Source of the DNA: an uncultured Chthonomonadaceae bacterium
Lineage (GTDB): Bacteria; Armatimonadota; Chthonomonadetes; Chthonomonadales; CAJBBX01
Direction: 5' to 3'
Assembly (NCBI GenBank): GCA_964429855.1
Contig: CAYSDM010000006.1
Coordinates: 32,047-96,046 of the forward strand
Length of the DNA stretch: 64,000 bases
Shown here: piece after piece, positions 1-9,910 of the stretch
How positions within the stretch are numbered: position 1 is the stretch's first letter
How the letters are laid out: the number at the start of each line of letters is the position of its first letter
Program-made: the position numbers and the translations under genes
The notes under the pieces: generated by a model
The model's database searches: none
What the model saw: the letters and a program-made list of their open reading frames with translations, nothing else
What the model was told of the DNA's origin: nothing

Positions 1-1895
1 CGCATCTGTGGCGGCTGATGCAGACGCTGGAACTGGGCGAGACGCCCAACGCCGAGGTGACCGGAATCGCCGCCAGGGTTCCCGGCTCCGTGCAGCAGTC
101 GCTTCGCGACGCCGGGCTGCTCCCCGACTGGAACATCGGTCTCAACTCCCGTGAGTGCGAGTGGGTGGAGAACCGGCACTGGATATACGAGACGATCTTG
201 CCGGACGCATGGTTCGCCTCCGGCAAGACCTTCCGGCTGGTCTGCATGGGACTGGACTACCAGGGGACGGTCTACCTGAACGGGCAGTCTCTCGGAGATT
301 TCTGCGGCACGCATATTCCGCACACCTTTGACCTGACGCCGCATCTACAGCCAGAGAAGAACTCCCTGCGCATCCTCTTCGATCTGTCGCCGCGCTGGCT
401 GGGGCAGTTCGGCTATACCTCGCAGGTGAAAGAGTGGAAGGCGCGTTTTAACTATACCTGGGACTGGATTCCCCGTCTGGTGCAGATCGGTATCTGGGAA
501 GATATCTTTATCGAGGCGACGGACGGGCAGGAGATAGAGGCGTTTCGCTGTACGACGGATGCCGATGTGGAGAGCGGAACCGGGATTCTGCGAGTCTGGG
601 GGCGGGGAGAGGCGAAGGAGGGGGCGAGTCTGCGCGTGACGCTGGAACGGGAAGGGCAGATACTCCGCTCCGAAGAGATTCCGCTCGCGCAGTTCAACGC
701 CAGCGGGATGCTCTGGCGCGATCTTCCAGTCGAACTCTGGTGGCCCAATCTGGCAGGGGAACAGCCGCTCTACATGGTACAGGGCGTTCTGCTCGACGCG
801 CAGGGACGGGGGATAGATCGGGAGACGCGGCGGGTCGGATTTCGCAATATCGTCTGGCGATCCTGCGAGGGCGCGCCGGAAGAAGCCGACCCCTGGCTGT
901 GCGTGGTGAACGGCAGACCGATCTTTCTGCAGGGCGTCAACTTCGTGCCGCTGCTGCCGAACTTCGCCGAGGCGTCGCCGGAACGCTATCGAACGCTGTT
1001 GACCCTCTATCGCGATCTGGGCATCAATACGTTTCGCGTCAACGGGGTCAGCTATCTGGAGAAAGAGCCTTTCTACGAACTATGCGATGAGTTTGGGCTG
1101 CTGGTCTGGCAGGATGTTCCGCTCTCCTCCTCCGGCGTGGACAACGTTCCGCCGGACGACGAGAACTCGATCTGCCAGGTCGCCGCGATCCTGCAATCCT
1201 TTATTCCGCGCCGTCAGCACCATGCCTGCCTGCTGCTCTGGAGCGGGGGGAATGAACTGCATGAGCGAAAAGAGGGCTACGGCGCGCCGTGCGACACCTC
1301 CCACCCGCTGCTGAAACGTCTGGAGGAGGTGGTCCATGCGGAAGATCCCGGACGCCGGTTCCTGCCCACCTCCGCCACCGGTCCGCGCTTCAACGCCGAT
1401 CCGAAAGAGTTCGGCAAGGGGCTGCACTGGAATATTCACGGTCCCTGGAAACCCTGGGACGATCTGACCGGGTGGGCGGAGTACTGGAATAGCGATGACG
1501 CGCTCTTCCGGGCGGAGTCCGGCGCGCCGGGAGCGTGCTCCGCCGACATCATCCGTCAGTACGCGGGCGATCTCGATCCGCTTCCGGTCGCGGCGGATAA
1601 TCCGGTCTGGCGCAGACCGCTGACCTGGTGGATTGAGGCGGAGCAGTTTGCCGCCGAGTATGGACGACCGCCGCAGACGCTGGAAGAGTACGTCGAATGG
1701 AGCCAGACCCGGCAGGCGAAGGCGCTCTCCATCGCGGTCGGAGCCTGCAAATCCCGCTTTCCGCGCTGCGGGGGCATCCTGCTCTGGTGCGGACACGACT
1801 GCTATCCCTGTCCGGCAAACACCTCTCTGATAGATTTCCACTGCCAGCCCAAACCGGCGGCTCTGGCGCTGCAGAAAATCTGGCGGGGAGAGTAG
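1..1895 (+). CDS. Glycoside hydrolase family 2-like (beta-mannosidase/exo-glucosaminidase type), probably 5'-truncated by the window edge
   Basis: ORF 18..1895. The frame stays open back to nt 3 (HLWRL precedes Met18). Motifs RVPGSVQQSLRDAGLLPDW, NGRPIFLQGVNFVP and LLWSGGNELH (NE acid/base) fit the GH2 sugar-binding plus TIM-barrel layout. Confidence 0.8.
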   Translation, partial: HLWRLMQTLELGETPNAEVTGIAARVPGSVQQSLRDAGLLPDWNIGLNSRECEWVENRHWIYETILPDAWFASGKTFRLVCMGLDYQGTVYLNGQSLGDFCGTHIPHTFDLTPHLQPEKNSLRILFDLSPRWLGQFGYTSQVKEWKARFNYTWDWIPRLVQIGIWEDIFIEATDGQEIEAFRCTTDADVESGTGILRVWGRGEAKEGASLRVTLEREGQILRSEEIPLAQFNASGMLWRDLPVELWWPNLAGEQPLYMVQGVLLDAQGRGIDRETRRVGFRNIVWRSCEGAPEEADPWLCVVNGRPIFLQGVNFVPLLPNFAEASPERYRTLLTLYRDLGINTFRVNGVSYLEKEPFYELCDEFGLLVWQDVPLSSSGVDNVPPDDENSICQVAAILQSFIPRRQHHACLLLWSGGNELHERKEGYGAPCDTSHPLLKRLEEVVHAEDPGRRFLPTSATGPRFNADPKEFGKGLHWNIHGPWKPWDDLTGWAEYWNSDDALFRAESGAPGACSADIIRQYAGDLDPLPVAADNPVWRRPLTWWIEAEQFAAEYGRPPQTLEEYVEWSQTRQAKALSIAVGACKSRFPRCGGILLWCGHDCYPCPANTSLIDFHCQPKPAALALQKIWRGE

Positions 1896-1897
1896 TA

Positions 1898-2875
1898 TCA
1901 GGCGTCATGCCAGGGATGGTAGCAGATTTTGATCGCCTCCTGCCGCTCCAGCAGGTCTATGCCCTCCGCATATCGCTCGAGCGGCAGGTGATGGGTGATG
2001 AGCAGATTCAGGTCGAGAAGCCCCTGCTCCACCAGCCCGACCGCATACTCTGCGGCGGCGCGGCTGTGCCCCGGATAGCCGCATAGCCGCAGGCGGTGAT
2101 AGTGACGGACGGCGAAGGTATACTCCTCCCGCTGAACGCCGAAGAGCGCGACCACATCGAGCGTGCGATCCATCGTAAACTCGACCGAGGCTTTCGCGCC
2201 CACGCAGTCTATGGCTGTCTCCAATTTCGGGGCGGCGGGACGCGCCGGGAAGCGGTCGGAGAGGTCTTCCTGCGGATCGAAGGCGGCGTCCAGCGCATTG
2301 GCGGCGGCATAGTTTCTTCGCTGCGGCGAGAGATCAAACCCGACGACCTCTGCCGCGCCCTCCGCGCGCGCCATCTGCGCGGCGATCAGTCCGGCAGGTC
2401 CGAGTCCGGTGATCCCGACGCGCCGTCCCGCAAGGACGTTCATCTCCTTCAGCACGAGAAACGTCGCGCCGACGCACATTGCCAGTTCCACCGGCGCGGT
2501 TGCCTCTGCCGGAAGATAGGAGGGAACGCAAATGACGTTCTCCGCCTCCAGAATGGCGAACTGCGCATAGCAGCCGGGACGATGCTGCCCCTGATCGCGC
2601 CATGCGCTGACCCGGTCGCCGACCGCCAGCCCCGTCACCCCCTCCCCGACCGCCGCGATCACTCCGGAAGCCTCATGCCCCGGCTGACCGGGAGTATAGG
2701 GATAGTGGAACCGATGCCCCACAAACATCGGCTCGTTATGGCGCAGATGCAGGTCCCACTGCGGGCAGGTCGTGACCGCATCCACGCGCATCAACACCTG
2801 ACCGGGTCCGGGCTGCGGCGCAGGAGATTCCAGCACCTGAAATGCCCCGTCCGCGCCTACCTGTAACACTTTCAT
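1898..2875 (-). CDS. Zinc-type alcohol dehydrogenase / MDR-family oxidoreductase
   Basis: 325 aa. PGHEASGVIAAVGEGVTGLAVGDRV (GHE zinc motif) and GITGLGPAGLIAAQ Rossmann motif. AGGAGA RBS upstream of the ATG. Confidence 0.8.
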   Translation of the reverse strand: MKVLQVGADGAFQVLESPAPQPGPGQVLMRVDAVTTCPQWDLHLRHNEPMFVGHRFHYPYTPGQPGHEASGVIAAVGEGVTGLAVGDRVSAWRDQGQHRPGCYAQFAILEAENVICVPSYLPAEATAPVELAMCVGATFLVLKEMNVLAGRRVGITGLGPAGLIAAQMARAEGAAEVVGFDLSPQRRNYAAANALDAAFDPQEDLSDRFPARPAAPKLETAIDCVGAKASVEFTMDRTLDVVALFGVQREEYTFAVRHYHRLRLCGYPGHSRAAAEYAVGLVEQGLLDLNLLITHHLPLERYAEGIDLLERQEAIKICYHPWHDA

Positions 2876-2893
2876 ACCATCGTTCTCCTGTAG

Positions 2894-3880
2894 TTATGCG
2901 CCGTAACGCTGAAGATAGAGCGCCAGCGACTCCTCATGTATGCGTCGCTTTTCGGCGCGCACCGCCTCGCGATGTTCCGGGGCTTTCTCCACCTCCACGT
3001 AGTCCGCCAGAACATCTATCACTTCGTCCAGAAGCATCGTTCGGAAGTAGAGACCCATACGCTCGCGCAGCGGATCCTCCTCCGGCAGTCCCGCCAGCAT
3101 CACGGAGTCGAGCGGATGATCACGCGCCAGTGACCAGAGCAGGAGCGAATAGTCCATCGCGGGATCGCCCGGACACATATCGTCCCAGTCCAGAAGGTAC
3201 CAGTCTCCTGCCGGGGTCTGGAGGATATTATTCGCCCAGAGATCGCTGTGCGCGATAGAGCGCGTCTCCCGGTCAAAGGCGGGAGACTGCCGCGCCATCG
3301 CCTCTACCTGTCGCGTCTCGGCATACATCCACGCCAGAGTCTTATCGGAGACAAAGGGAGGAATCTCGCCGGAAATAATCTCCAGGTCTTCCTCAAACCG
3401 CTCGATGTAGGTCTCTCGATAGTGCGCGAAAAAGGTCCGGGGCCACGCCTCCTCGAAACCGCGCACGCGCTCGGCCAGTTCCGAATCGGCGTGCAGCGTT
3501 CTGACTAACGAGAGTACCTGCTGAAGCAGCGAGCGATCCGCTGCCAGATCGGGAACCCTGCCGTCTATCTGCTCAAAGAGCGCGCCGCAGCAATCCGTCT
3601 CCGGCAGGTCTACCCACCCGACTATCTTTGGCGCGCGATAACGGCTCTCCAGAATGTCGCGCAGAGCGTGCCATCGTCGCAGCGCGCTCTGACACCACTC
3701 ATCCTCCGCCAGCTTGAGATGATAGGCGCAGGCTCCGTCGGTGATCGTGTAGGAGTGGTTGACGAAGCCTCCCCGGTTAAGCACATAACGCGCTTCCAGC
3801 GTTTCGGGGCGCAGCCCGAATGTCCCGGCATTTTCGACAAAGTAGGCGCGTACATACGCGCCGATTTCGGTTACGTTCAA
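2894..3880 (-). CDS. Phosphotransferase-family kinase (APH / choline-kinase-like fold)
   Basis: 328 aa. Brenner-type catalytic loop IAHSDLWANNIL followed by YLLDWDDMCPGDPAMD, as in aminoglycoside/ketosamine kinases. TTG start 7 nt after the upstream stop. Confidence 0.7.
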   Translation of the reverse strand: MNVTEIGAYVRAYFVENAGTFGLRPETLEARYVLNRGGFVNHSYTITDGACAYHLKLAEDEWCQSALRRWHALRDILESRYRAPKIVGWVDLPETDCCGALFEQIDGRVPDLAADRSLLQQVLSLVRTLHADSELAERVRGFEEAWPRTFFAHYRETYIERFEEDLEIISGEIPPFVSDKTLAWMYAETRQVEAMARQSPAFDRETRSIAHSDLWANNILQTPAGDWYLLDWDDMCPGDPAMDYSLLLWSLARDHPLDSVMLAGLPEEDPLRERMGLYFRTMLLDEVIDVLADYVEVEKAPEHREAVRAEKRRIHEESLALYLQRYGA

Positions 3881-3887
3881 TCTACCT

Positions 3888-4883
3888 CTACCAGTCCAGA
3901 ATGACGCCCAGGACAGGCTCCCGGCGCGACAGTATCAGGTCAAAGGCCTCTCCGGCGCGTTCCGCCGGGAAGCGATGGGTGATGAGAGGGAGGGTCTGGA
4001 GCGCGCCCTGCGCCAGCAGCGCCAGCGTGGCGTCCATCCGCTCTTTCGACCAGCCCGCCGGGGTATGCAGCGTGATCTCCCGGTTACGCAGCTTCTGAAT
4101 ATCTATCAGTCCGCGAGGACCGTAGAAACCGGCGGAGGATATCTGCCCGTTGTGGCGCATCACCGGCAACAGCGATTCGAGCGTGGAAATCGTGCCGACC
4201 GTATCCGCGATGACCTGCACTCCTTCCGGCGCAAAGGCGCGCGCCGCCTCCAGCAGGTCTTCGCGGCTGACATTGACCACCCGATCGGATGCGCCCGGCG
4301 AAAACGGAGCCAGCCGTTCATCATGCCTGCCCGCCAGAAGAACGCGCGCGCCGCGATGCTGAAGCGTCTGCGCCGTCCAGTGACCGACCATCCCGTCGCC
4401 GATCACCACCGCCGCATCGCCGGGAGAGAGCGCAGGTCGTATCCCGGTGTTGTAGCCGACCTGCGTCAGAACCAGCCCGCTGACCGCCACCGGATCCAAC
4501 CCCGGCGGAATCTTCCATATCTGCGAACCGTGTGTCACGGCGGGAGAGATATGTCCGGCGAAGGAGTAGAACATCCCCTCCACTTTTGAGACCGTCGCAA
4601 AAACCGTCTCGCCGACCTCCACTCCACTCACCGCGCCGCCGACCTGCTCCACCACCCCTACCTTCTGATAGCCGGAGATATGGGGAAAGGGAAGCGGATC
4701 GGTGTCTTTACGCGGCGTATCGCCTGCGATTCGCTCGCCGCGAATAAACGAGCCTTCCGTCCCGTTGCTGATCCAGGAGTGCGTCAGCCGCACCACCACA
4801 TCTTCCGGTCCGGGATCGGGCGCATCCACCGTCAGAAATTCGACCCTGCGCGGCTGCGTGGCGACCGCTGCCTGTGCCTTCAT
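3888..4883 (-). CDS. MDR-family zinc-binding dehydrogenase-like oxidoreductase
   Basis: Start moved to the internal ATG (MKAQAAV) preceded by GAAGGAG. GDGMVGHWTAQTL nucleotide-binding motif and typical MDR length. Confidence 0.7.
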   Translation of the reverse strand: MKAQAAVATQPRRVEFLTVDAPDPGPEDVVVRLTHSWISNGTEGSFIRGERIAGDTPRKDTDPLPFPHISGYQKVGVVEQVGGAVSGVEVGETVFATVSKVEGMFYSFAGHISPAVTHGSQIWKIPPGLDPVAVSGLVLTQVGYNTGIRPALSPGDAAVVIGDGMVGHWTAQTLQHRGARVLLAGRHDERLAPFSPGASDRVVNVSREDLLEAARAFAPEGVQVIADTVGTISTLESLLPVMRHNGQISSAGFYGPRGLIDIQKLRNREITLHTPAGWSKERMDATLALLAQGALQTLPLITHRFPAERAGEAFDLILSRREPVLGVILDW

Positions 4884-4918
4884 CCTGAACTCCTTCTCTG
4901 TGTGATCCGTCAGTACGC

Positions 4919-6319
4919 TCAACGCGGTCTGGACGGCGCGCGTCCCGGAGGCGGCGGGAACGGCTCTTCATCGGTCGCCTCGATATTGTCCCGAAGAATG
5001 ACCCTGCCCTTCGTCCGATTGACAATACGCGACCGGCCATAGAACTCGTTGCCGGTGATGATCGCGGAGCGCACCTCTGTTTCCAGAACCACCGGGATCG
5101 GGTTGCTGTTGACCGCCGCCGTATTCCGGTTGTTGATGAAGACGCAGCCCTGAATGCTGACTCGTCCCTGTTCCACGAGAATCATGACCGGCGCATTACG
5201 GCTCTCCGGATGGATACAGTAGAAGTGGCAGTTGCTGAACGAGACGCGCCCGGTTCCCGCCAGTTTCGCCAGCGCCGTACCGCGCTTGCCGTCTATGCTG
5301 CCGAAGAACCCGCATCCGGTGAAGCGCACCATGCCGTTGTTGGTCGGTTTGATGACCAGATCGCCGAATATCTGCGAATTGACAAAACTGACGCCGGAAT
5401 GCCCCTGCGTCTCCTCCACCAGCACCGCCGTCCGACACATATCCGCGCCGCTCTGCGTCAGCAGGTAGTTGCCCGCGCCCTCATACGGGCCGGTTCCCCT
5501 TCCGCGTATAAACCGGATGCCGATGTTGTAGCCGATGGCGAAGCAGTTGGTAACGTACTCCCAGTCGCTGCGCCCGAAGATAAACGCCTCCCCCTGCTCC
5601 AGCATAAACTTCCCTACCGGACTGTCGGGGTCTGCCGCCGTCCAGAAGGGCCAGAAGTGGATATTCTCCAGTCGCCCGATGTCCAGGCAGAGATCCACAT
5701 ACAGCCCTCTTCGCAACGGCTGAGCGTAGAGGTTGCGAATGTAGTGGCGTCCGGCGACCACCGTCCCGAAGTCCACCGCCTGATAGGGATTGACCATCAG
5801 CACATCCACCACCGCGCAGTTGTCCGCCCCCGCCGACTGCACCGTCCAGGGATAGGGGATCGGCGGGTTGGTTTTGGTCTGTTCCGGGTAGAAGATGGTC
5901 ACGCCCTTGAGCGTGGCATTAAATCCAAGTCGGATGAACGGGGTTCCGTTCTCCTGTCCGGCTCCCTCCACCGCCAGCAGCACGCTTCCGCCGAGTTCGG
6001 GACCGCCCTTCGGGTCTTTCGGATCGTGGTAGCGGTTGACGGTCGCCGGAGCGCGCCACTCCCCTTCGAGAGTGACCGAGGTGGGAATGGTCAGATGAGT
6101 TTTAATCAGATATTTTCCGCTCGGAACCTGCACCACGCCTCCGCCTGTTGCGGCGCGCGCATCCATCGCCTTCTGAAAGGCGGCGGTGTCGTCCGTCTTC
6201 CCGTCGCCTTTCGCGCCGAAAGCGATTACGGAGTAGTTCGGGGCAGGAGTCTCCTGTCCCTGTGACGAGAGTCGCGCTCCCCCGATCAGAAGCGCTATCA
6301 AAACGGCCAGAAGGCTCAT
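4919..6319 (-). CDS. Secreted right-handed beta-helix glycosidase (pectate-lyase-superfamily-3 / GH55- or GH28-related)
   Basis: Signal-like MSLLAVLIALLIGGARLSS. YSVIAFGAKGDGKTDDTAAFQKAMD...GGVVQVPSGKYLI is the hallmark N-terminus of Pectate_lyase_3 proteins. The start was set at the internal ATG, which removes the overlap with the upstream gene. Confidence 0.65.
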   Translation of the reverse strand: MSLLAVLIALLIGGARLSSQGQETPAPNYSVIAFGAKGDGKTDDTAAFQKAMDARAATGGGVVQVPSGKYLIKTHLTIPTSVTLEGEWRAPATVNRYHDPKDPKGGPELGGSVLLAVEGAGQENGTPFIRLGFNATLKGVTIFYPEQTKTNPPIPYPWTVQSAGADNCAVVDVLMVNPYQAVDFGTVVAGRHYIRNLYAQPLRRGLYVDLCLDIGRLENIHFWPFWTAADPDSPVGKFMLEQGEAFIFGRSDWEYVTNCFAIGYNIGIRFIRGRGTGPYEGAGNYLLTQSGADMCRTAVLVEETQGHSGVSFVNSQIFGDLVIKPTNNGMVRFTGCGFFGSIDGKRGTALAKLAGTGRVSFSNCHFYCIHPESRNAPVMILVEQGRVSIQGCVFINNRNTAAVNSNPIPVVLETEVRSAIITGNEFYGRSRIVNRTKGRVILRDNIEATDEEPFPPPPGRAPSRPR

Positions 6320-6341
6320 CGCGGTCTCCCTGTCCACGGGT

Positions 6342-7643
6342 TCAGATACCCGGCTCCGGGAAACGACGCGAGGCATCGTCCAGAACCAGCGCCCAGTCCT
6401 GTCCGTGACCGTTCGCGGGAGGCGTGAAGGTGTGTGTCTCTGTCTTCATCATTTCGCCGATGGCGATGGATCTCCCCTCACGCGGATCGTACCAGAAGGC
6501 GTTCAGCCGCTCGCCGGCAAGGGCTGACAGCGACAGGGTGAACGTCTGCCCGGAGGCGGAGTAGACGAAGGCGTAACTGCCTTCGGAGCAGCGCGTCGCC
6601 TGTATATGATCCGTCCCCGCGCCGGGATCGGAAACCAGCAGACTCTGATCGGGGATCCGGGTCAGAACCGGACGCGACTCCAGCAGACGACGCGCATACT
6701 GCATCTGTCCCGAACCGGGCAGATGGATGGCGGCATACCAGGGCGCGCGCGCGGCGGTGATGGGCTGGCGATCCGGCTGCCACATCTGCCAGATATCATG
6801 ACATCCGTAGGTATGTCCGCACGCTCCGGCGAACAGCGCCCAGTAGGCGAACTTGCGCGTGTCGTAGGCGTCCAGGTAGCCGTTTTTCGGGTCGAAGCCG
6901 GAGGGATGATCCTCGTAGCCGGGTTCGGCGTCTATACAGGGACGGGGGGGCGTCAGCGCGTAGAGTTCGGCGATGCTGCGATAGTTGTCCCGGTCGCGGG
7001 TATGTCCGGTCTGATACATATGGAAGTCGAGCCAGGAATCGTCGTGAAAATAGAGCGCGGAGCTTTGCTGCCCGCAGGGATGAAAGGCGCGCAGATGCGC
7101 TCCCCCGTCTCCGGCGCGCAGTCCCTCCGCCATCGCGCGCACGATGCGGTAATGATTCTCGTTTTCGACCGGGCGATCCCCGCCCAGTATCCAGATAATG
7201 TCGCGGTTACGATAGCGCCGCCCCAGAAACTCCCCGTAGAGGCGCGCATTCTCGGGCGTGAATATCTCCGGACCCGCGCCCCATTTCTTATTCCACTTGT
7301 CTCCCCAGGTGGGCAGCATCCCGATGATCAGACCGAGCGCGTTCGCCCGTTGCACGATATAGTCCACATGGGAAAAATAGGCGTCGTTCGGGCGTGTCGG
7401 GTCGAGGTCGCGCAATGGCAGTTCGCCGTAGGGATTGGGGACGGTCAGCCCCTCCAGTTCCGCCAGCGCGACCGCCTGTATCACCGTGAATCGCTTGGCA
7501 GCGCGATCCTCCAGATACCGGTCCGCCTCCTCGCGGTTCAGACGGTGAAACAGTTCCCAGGCGGTGTCGCCCAGATAGAAAAACGGCTTTCCATCCTCAA
7601 AGACCAGAAATCGCCGGTTATCGCTGACCCTCAGACGAGGCAT
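6342..7643 (-). CDS. DUF4038 / GH140-like glycoside hydrolase
   Basis: [21 protein letters not shown]...[10 protein letters not shown] is typical of the DUF4038 TIM barrel. GGAGGAGG RBS upstream of the ATG at 7643; the longer ORF start at 7721 lacks an RBS. Confidence 0.7.
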   Translation of the reverse strand: MPRLRVSDNRRFLVFEDGKPFFYLGDTAWELFHRLNREEADRYLEDRAAKRFTVIQAVALAELEGLTVPNPYGELPLRDLDPTRPNDAYFSHVDYIVQRANALGLIIGMLPTWGDKWNKKWGAGPEIFTPENARLYGEFLGRRYRNRDIIWILGGDRPVENENHYRIVRAMAEGLRAGDGGAHLRAFHPCGQQSSALYFHDDSWLDFHMYQTGHTRDRDNYRSIAELYALTPPRPCIDAEPGYEDHPSGFDPKNGYLDAYDTRKFAYWALFAGACGHTYGCHDIWQMWQPDRQPITAARAPWYAAIHLPGSGQMQYARRLLESRPVLTRIPDQSLLVSDPGAGTDHIQATRCSEGSYAFVYSASGQTFTLSLSALAGERLNAFWYDPREGRSIAIGEMMKTETHTFTPPANGHGQDWALVLDDASRRFPEPGI

Positions 7644-7869
7644 GATCTCTTCCTCCTCCGGCAGACGCACAGAAAGACGGCTGCGCCTGCCCGTATTTCG
7701 TTCTTGTTTCACAGATTCCAACCCGCCGCCGGTTTTCCCTTTTCGCCGGGGGAGCGCGCCTTATCAACGTTGCGCTTACGAAGCAGGAGTTTCCGTTCTT
7801 CAGAGGGGATCTATCTGTGTAGACTTTTCGGACAGACGGTCTGCCTGTCCTGCGCAGAAGGAGACGGCT

Positions 7870-9867
7870 ATGCTCAGACGAACCGCGTTCCCGCTGTTGA
7901 TCCTCTCTCTTGCTTTATATTTTTCGACGGCGCGGGCGCAGGAGCTTTCCGGTCCCTACATTCATCCGCGCCATCTGACCGCCCTTCCTTTCGGAACCTA
8001 CTCTCACTGGCTTCAGCCCTGGCGCGCCTATCAGGAGACGGTCCCCGCGCACGCCTTTCTGAATGCCATCGGCGTCGGGCTGGATGGCGACGATTCGCAC
8101 AATTTCGATCTGATCGTTCGGATGCTGGCGAAATACGGCTTTGGCCATGCGCGGATTGAGATCGGATGGAGCAACTTCGACTTTCAGGACCAATTAACGT
8201 CGGGAAGCCGCGAGTCGCTGCGCCGGCGCCTGCTCGCCTGCCGGAAATATGGCGTGCGTCCGCTCATTCTGTTGAACGCCCACGGCGGCGCGCCATGTCC
8301 GATACGATTCTTTGAAAGAAAACTGGCGGCTCCCGCGCGCAAAGGGGATATGAAGATACAGCTAACGGACACCGGCGACCTGCGAATCGGCTACAGCGGT
8401 CTGAATAACCTGACAGAGTACTGGGCATGCGAGGCGTTGATCACCGCGATAGAGGGCAGCACGATCACCCTCTCCAAACCGCTGCCCAAAGACCTGGGCG
8501 ACGCCGGAACGAACGTGTCCATGTCCACCCTCAAGTATCGTCCGTTCTCCGTTCCCGGCAGCGACGACAACAACGCGACCATTGCGGGATGGCAGCGTTA
8601 TGTGGGAGAGACGGCGCGGTTCGTCACGGAGACTCTCGGCAGGCAGAACGGGCCGGATCGGGGCTTCGATCTGGAGATATGGAACGAGTTGAGCTTCGGC
8701 TCCTGGTTTCTCTCTATCAATGCCTACTATGCTGACCGCCCCTATGTCTACCATGAAGACAGCGTCTGGAGCCGTGTGGTGCAGGCGACGGCGGACTATG
8801 TGAACGCCCATCCCGACGACTTTCGGGGCGTTACGCTCTGCGACGGTTTCTCGAACACCATTCCCTGGCCCGCCTCCAGCAAGCAGCCGGCGCGGGTCGG
8901 CGCGATGAGCAAGCACCCCTATGCGGGTCGGAAAAAGTTTCCCGGCGATGAGCGAAAAGATCAGGCGTCCATCAACGCGTTGTTTCAGCCGGAGAACCCT
9001 CCCGTTTTTCTGCCGGACTACACGGCGCTCTTCCCCGAATACTATGCAACCGCCCTTCAGACCGAAACCCTCGCTCGCGACATGGGACCGATCACCAACG
9101 CCTTCGGCGGAACGCCGCGGGGGCGCTATGCCCGCAACATCCACGGCAAGATCGTTCCCTGCTGGCTGTGGATCACGGAGGTCGGTTTCGCCCCCAACGA
9201 AAACGGCATTACGGATCGTTCACGCGGTCTTCGCCTGAAGGCAAAAACGACCGCCCGCTACTACTGCTTCTATGTGAATAAGGGCGTGCAGCGGCTCTAT
9301 CTGTATGCCGCGCTCGCCGGGGATAACTGGCTCGGAGTCGTGCAGGAGAACTTCATTGCCTACGCGAAATCCAATTCAGCCTATCCGAAAGACGACTCCG
9401 CCTATGTCTCGCCCGCCATGCGTACTCTGGGGCGCATTGTGGAGAAGATGCGTCCGGGACTGGATCCGAATCTTGCGAAGACTCGCGTCCTGAAGGTACT
9501 CTCGATACGCGATTCACACGCCCACTACCAGTTTCGGGGAAAGGGCACCCCGGAGCATCCGACTCTCTACAACCGCGAAGTCTTTGCATTCCTGCCCTAT
9601 CAGGTCAATGCGAGTCGTTTCGTGATTCCCTTCTATGTGATGACGCGGGATGTGACCGCCGATCTGCGCCCGGAGGCATATGAGGTGAGGATCGGAGGCG
9701 TGCGTGGAGAGGGCGCGTCGGTGGCAGTATACGATCCCCTGTCTGATCGCCGGATTCCGGTCACGATCCGTTCTGCCGATAAGAACTCCCTGTCTCTGGT
9801 TCTCACGGCGACAGACTATCCGTATCTGCTGACTATTCAGGAAAAGCAGCCCGGTCTGAAAAAATAG
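7870..9867 (+). CDS. Secreted clan GH-A-like TIM-barrel glycosidase, family unassigned
   Basis: AAGGAG RBS then ATG 7870. Signal peptide MLRRTAFPLLILSLALYFSTARA. FDLEIWNELSF (NE acid/base) and WITEVGF (nucleophile Glu) motifs. Confidence 0.55.
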   Translation: MLRRTAFPLLILSLALYFSTARAQELSGPYIHPRHLTALPFGTYSHWLQPWRAYQETVPAHAFLNAIGVGLDGDDSHNFDLIVRMLAKYGFGHARIEIGWSNFDFQDQLTSGSRESLRRRLLACRKYGVRPLILLNAHGGAPCPIRFFERKLAAPARKGDMKIQLTDTGDLRIGYSGLNNLTEYWACEALITAIEGSTITLSKPLPKDLGDAGTNVSMSTLKYRPFSVPGSDDNNATIAGWQRYVGETARFVTETLGRQNGPDRGFDLEIWNELSFGSWFLSINAYYADRPYVYHEDSVWSRVVQATADYVNAHPDDFRGVTLCDGFSNTIPWPASSKQPARVGAMSKHPYAGRKKFPGDERKDQASINALFQPENPPVFLPDYTALFPEYYATALQTETLARDMGPITNAFGGTPRGRYARNIHGKIVPCWLWITEVGFAPNENGITDRSRGLRLKAKTTARYYCFYVNKGVQRLYLYAALAGDNWLGVVQENFIAYAKSNSAYPKDDSAYVSPAMRTLGRIVEKMRPGLDPNLAKTRVLKVLSIRDSHAHYQFRGKGTPEHPTLYNREVFAFLPYQVNASRFVIPFYVMTRDVTADLRPEAYEVRIGGVRGEGASVAVYDPLSDRRIPVTIRSADKNSLSLVLTATDYPYLLTIQEKQPGLKK

Positions 9868-9910
9868 GAAAAAATAGAATATATCACCTCAATCAAGGAG
9901 CGCGCGAGCG

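Noticed and set aside
6606-8159. 517-aa plus-strand ORF spanning the GH140-like gene and the next promoter region
   Set aside because: It is antisense to the DUF4038 gene and runs across an intergenic region. No recognisable motifs.
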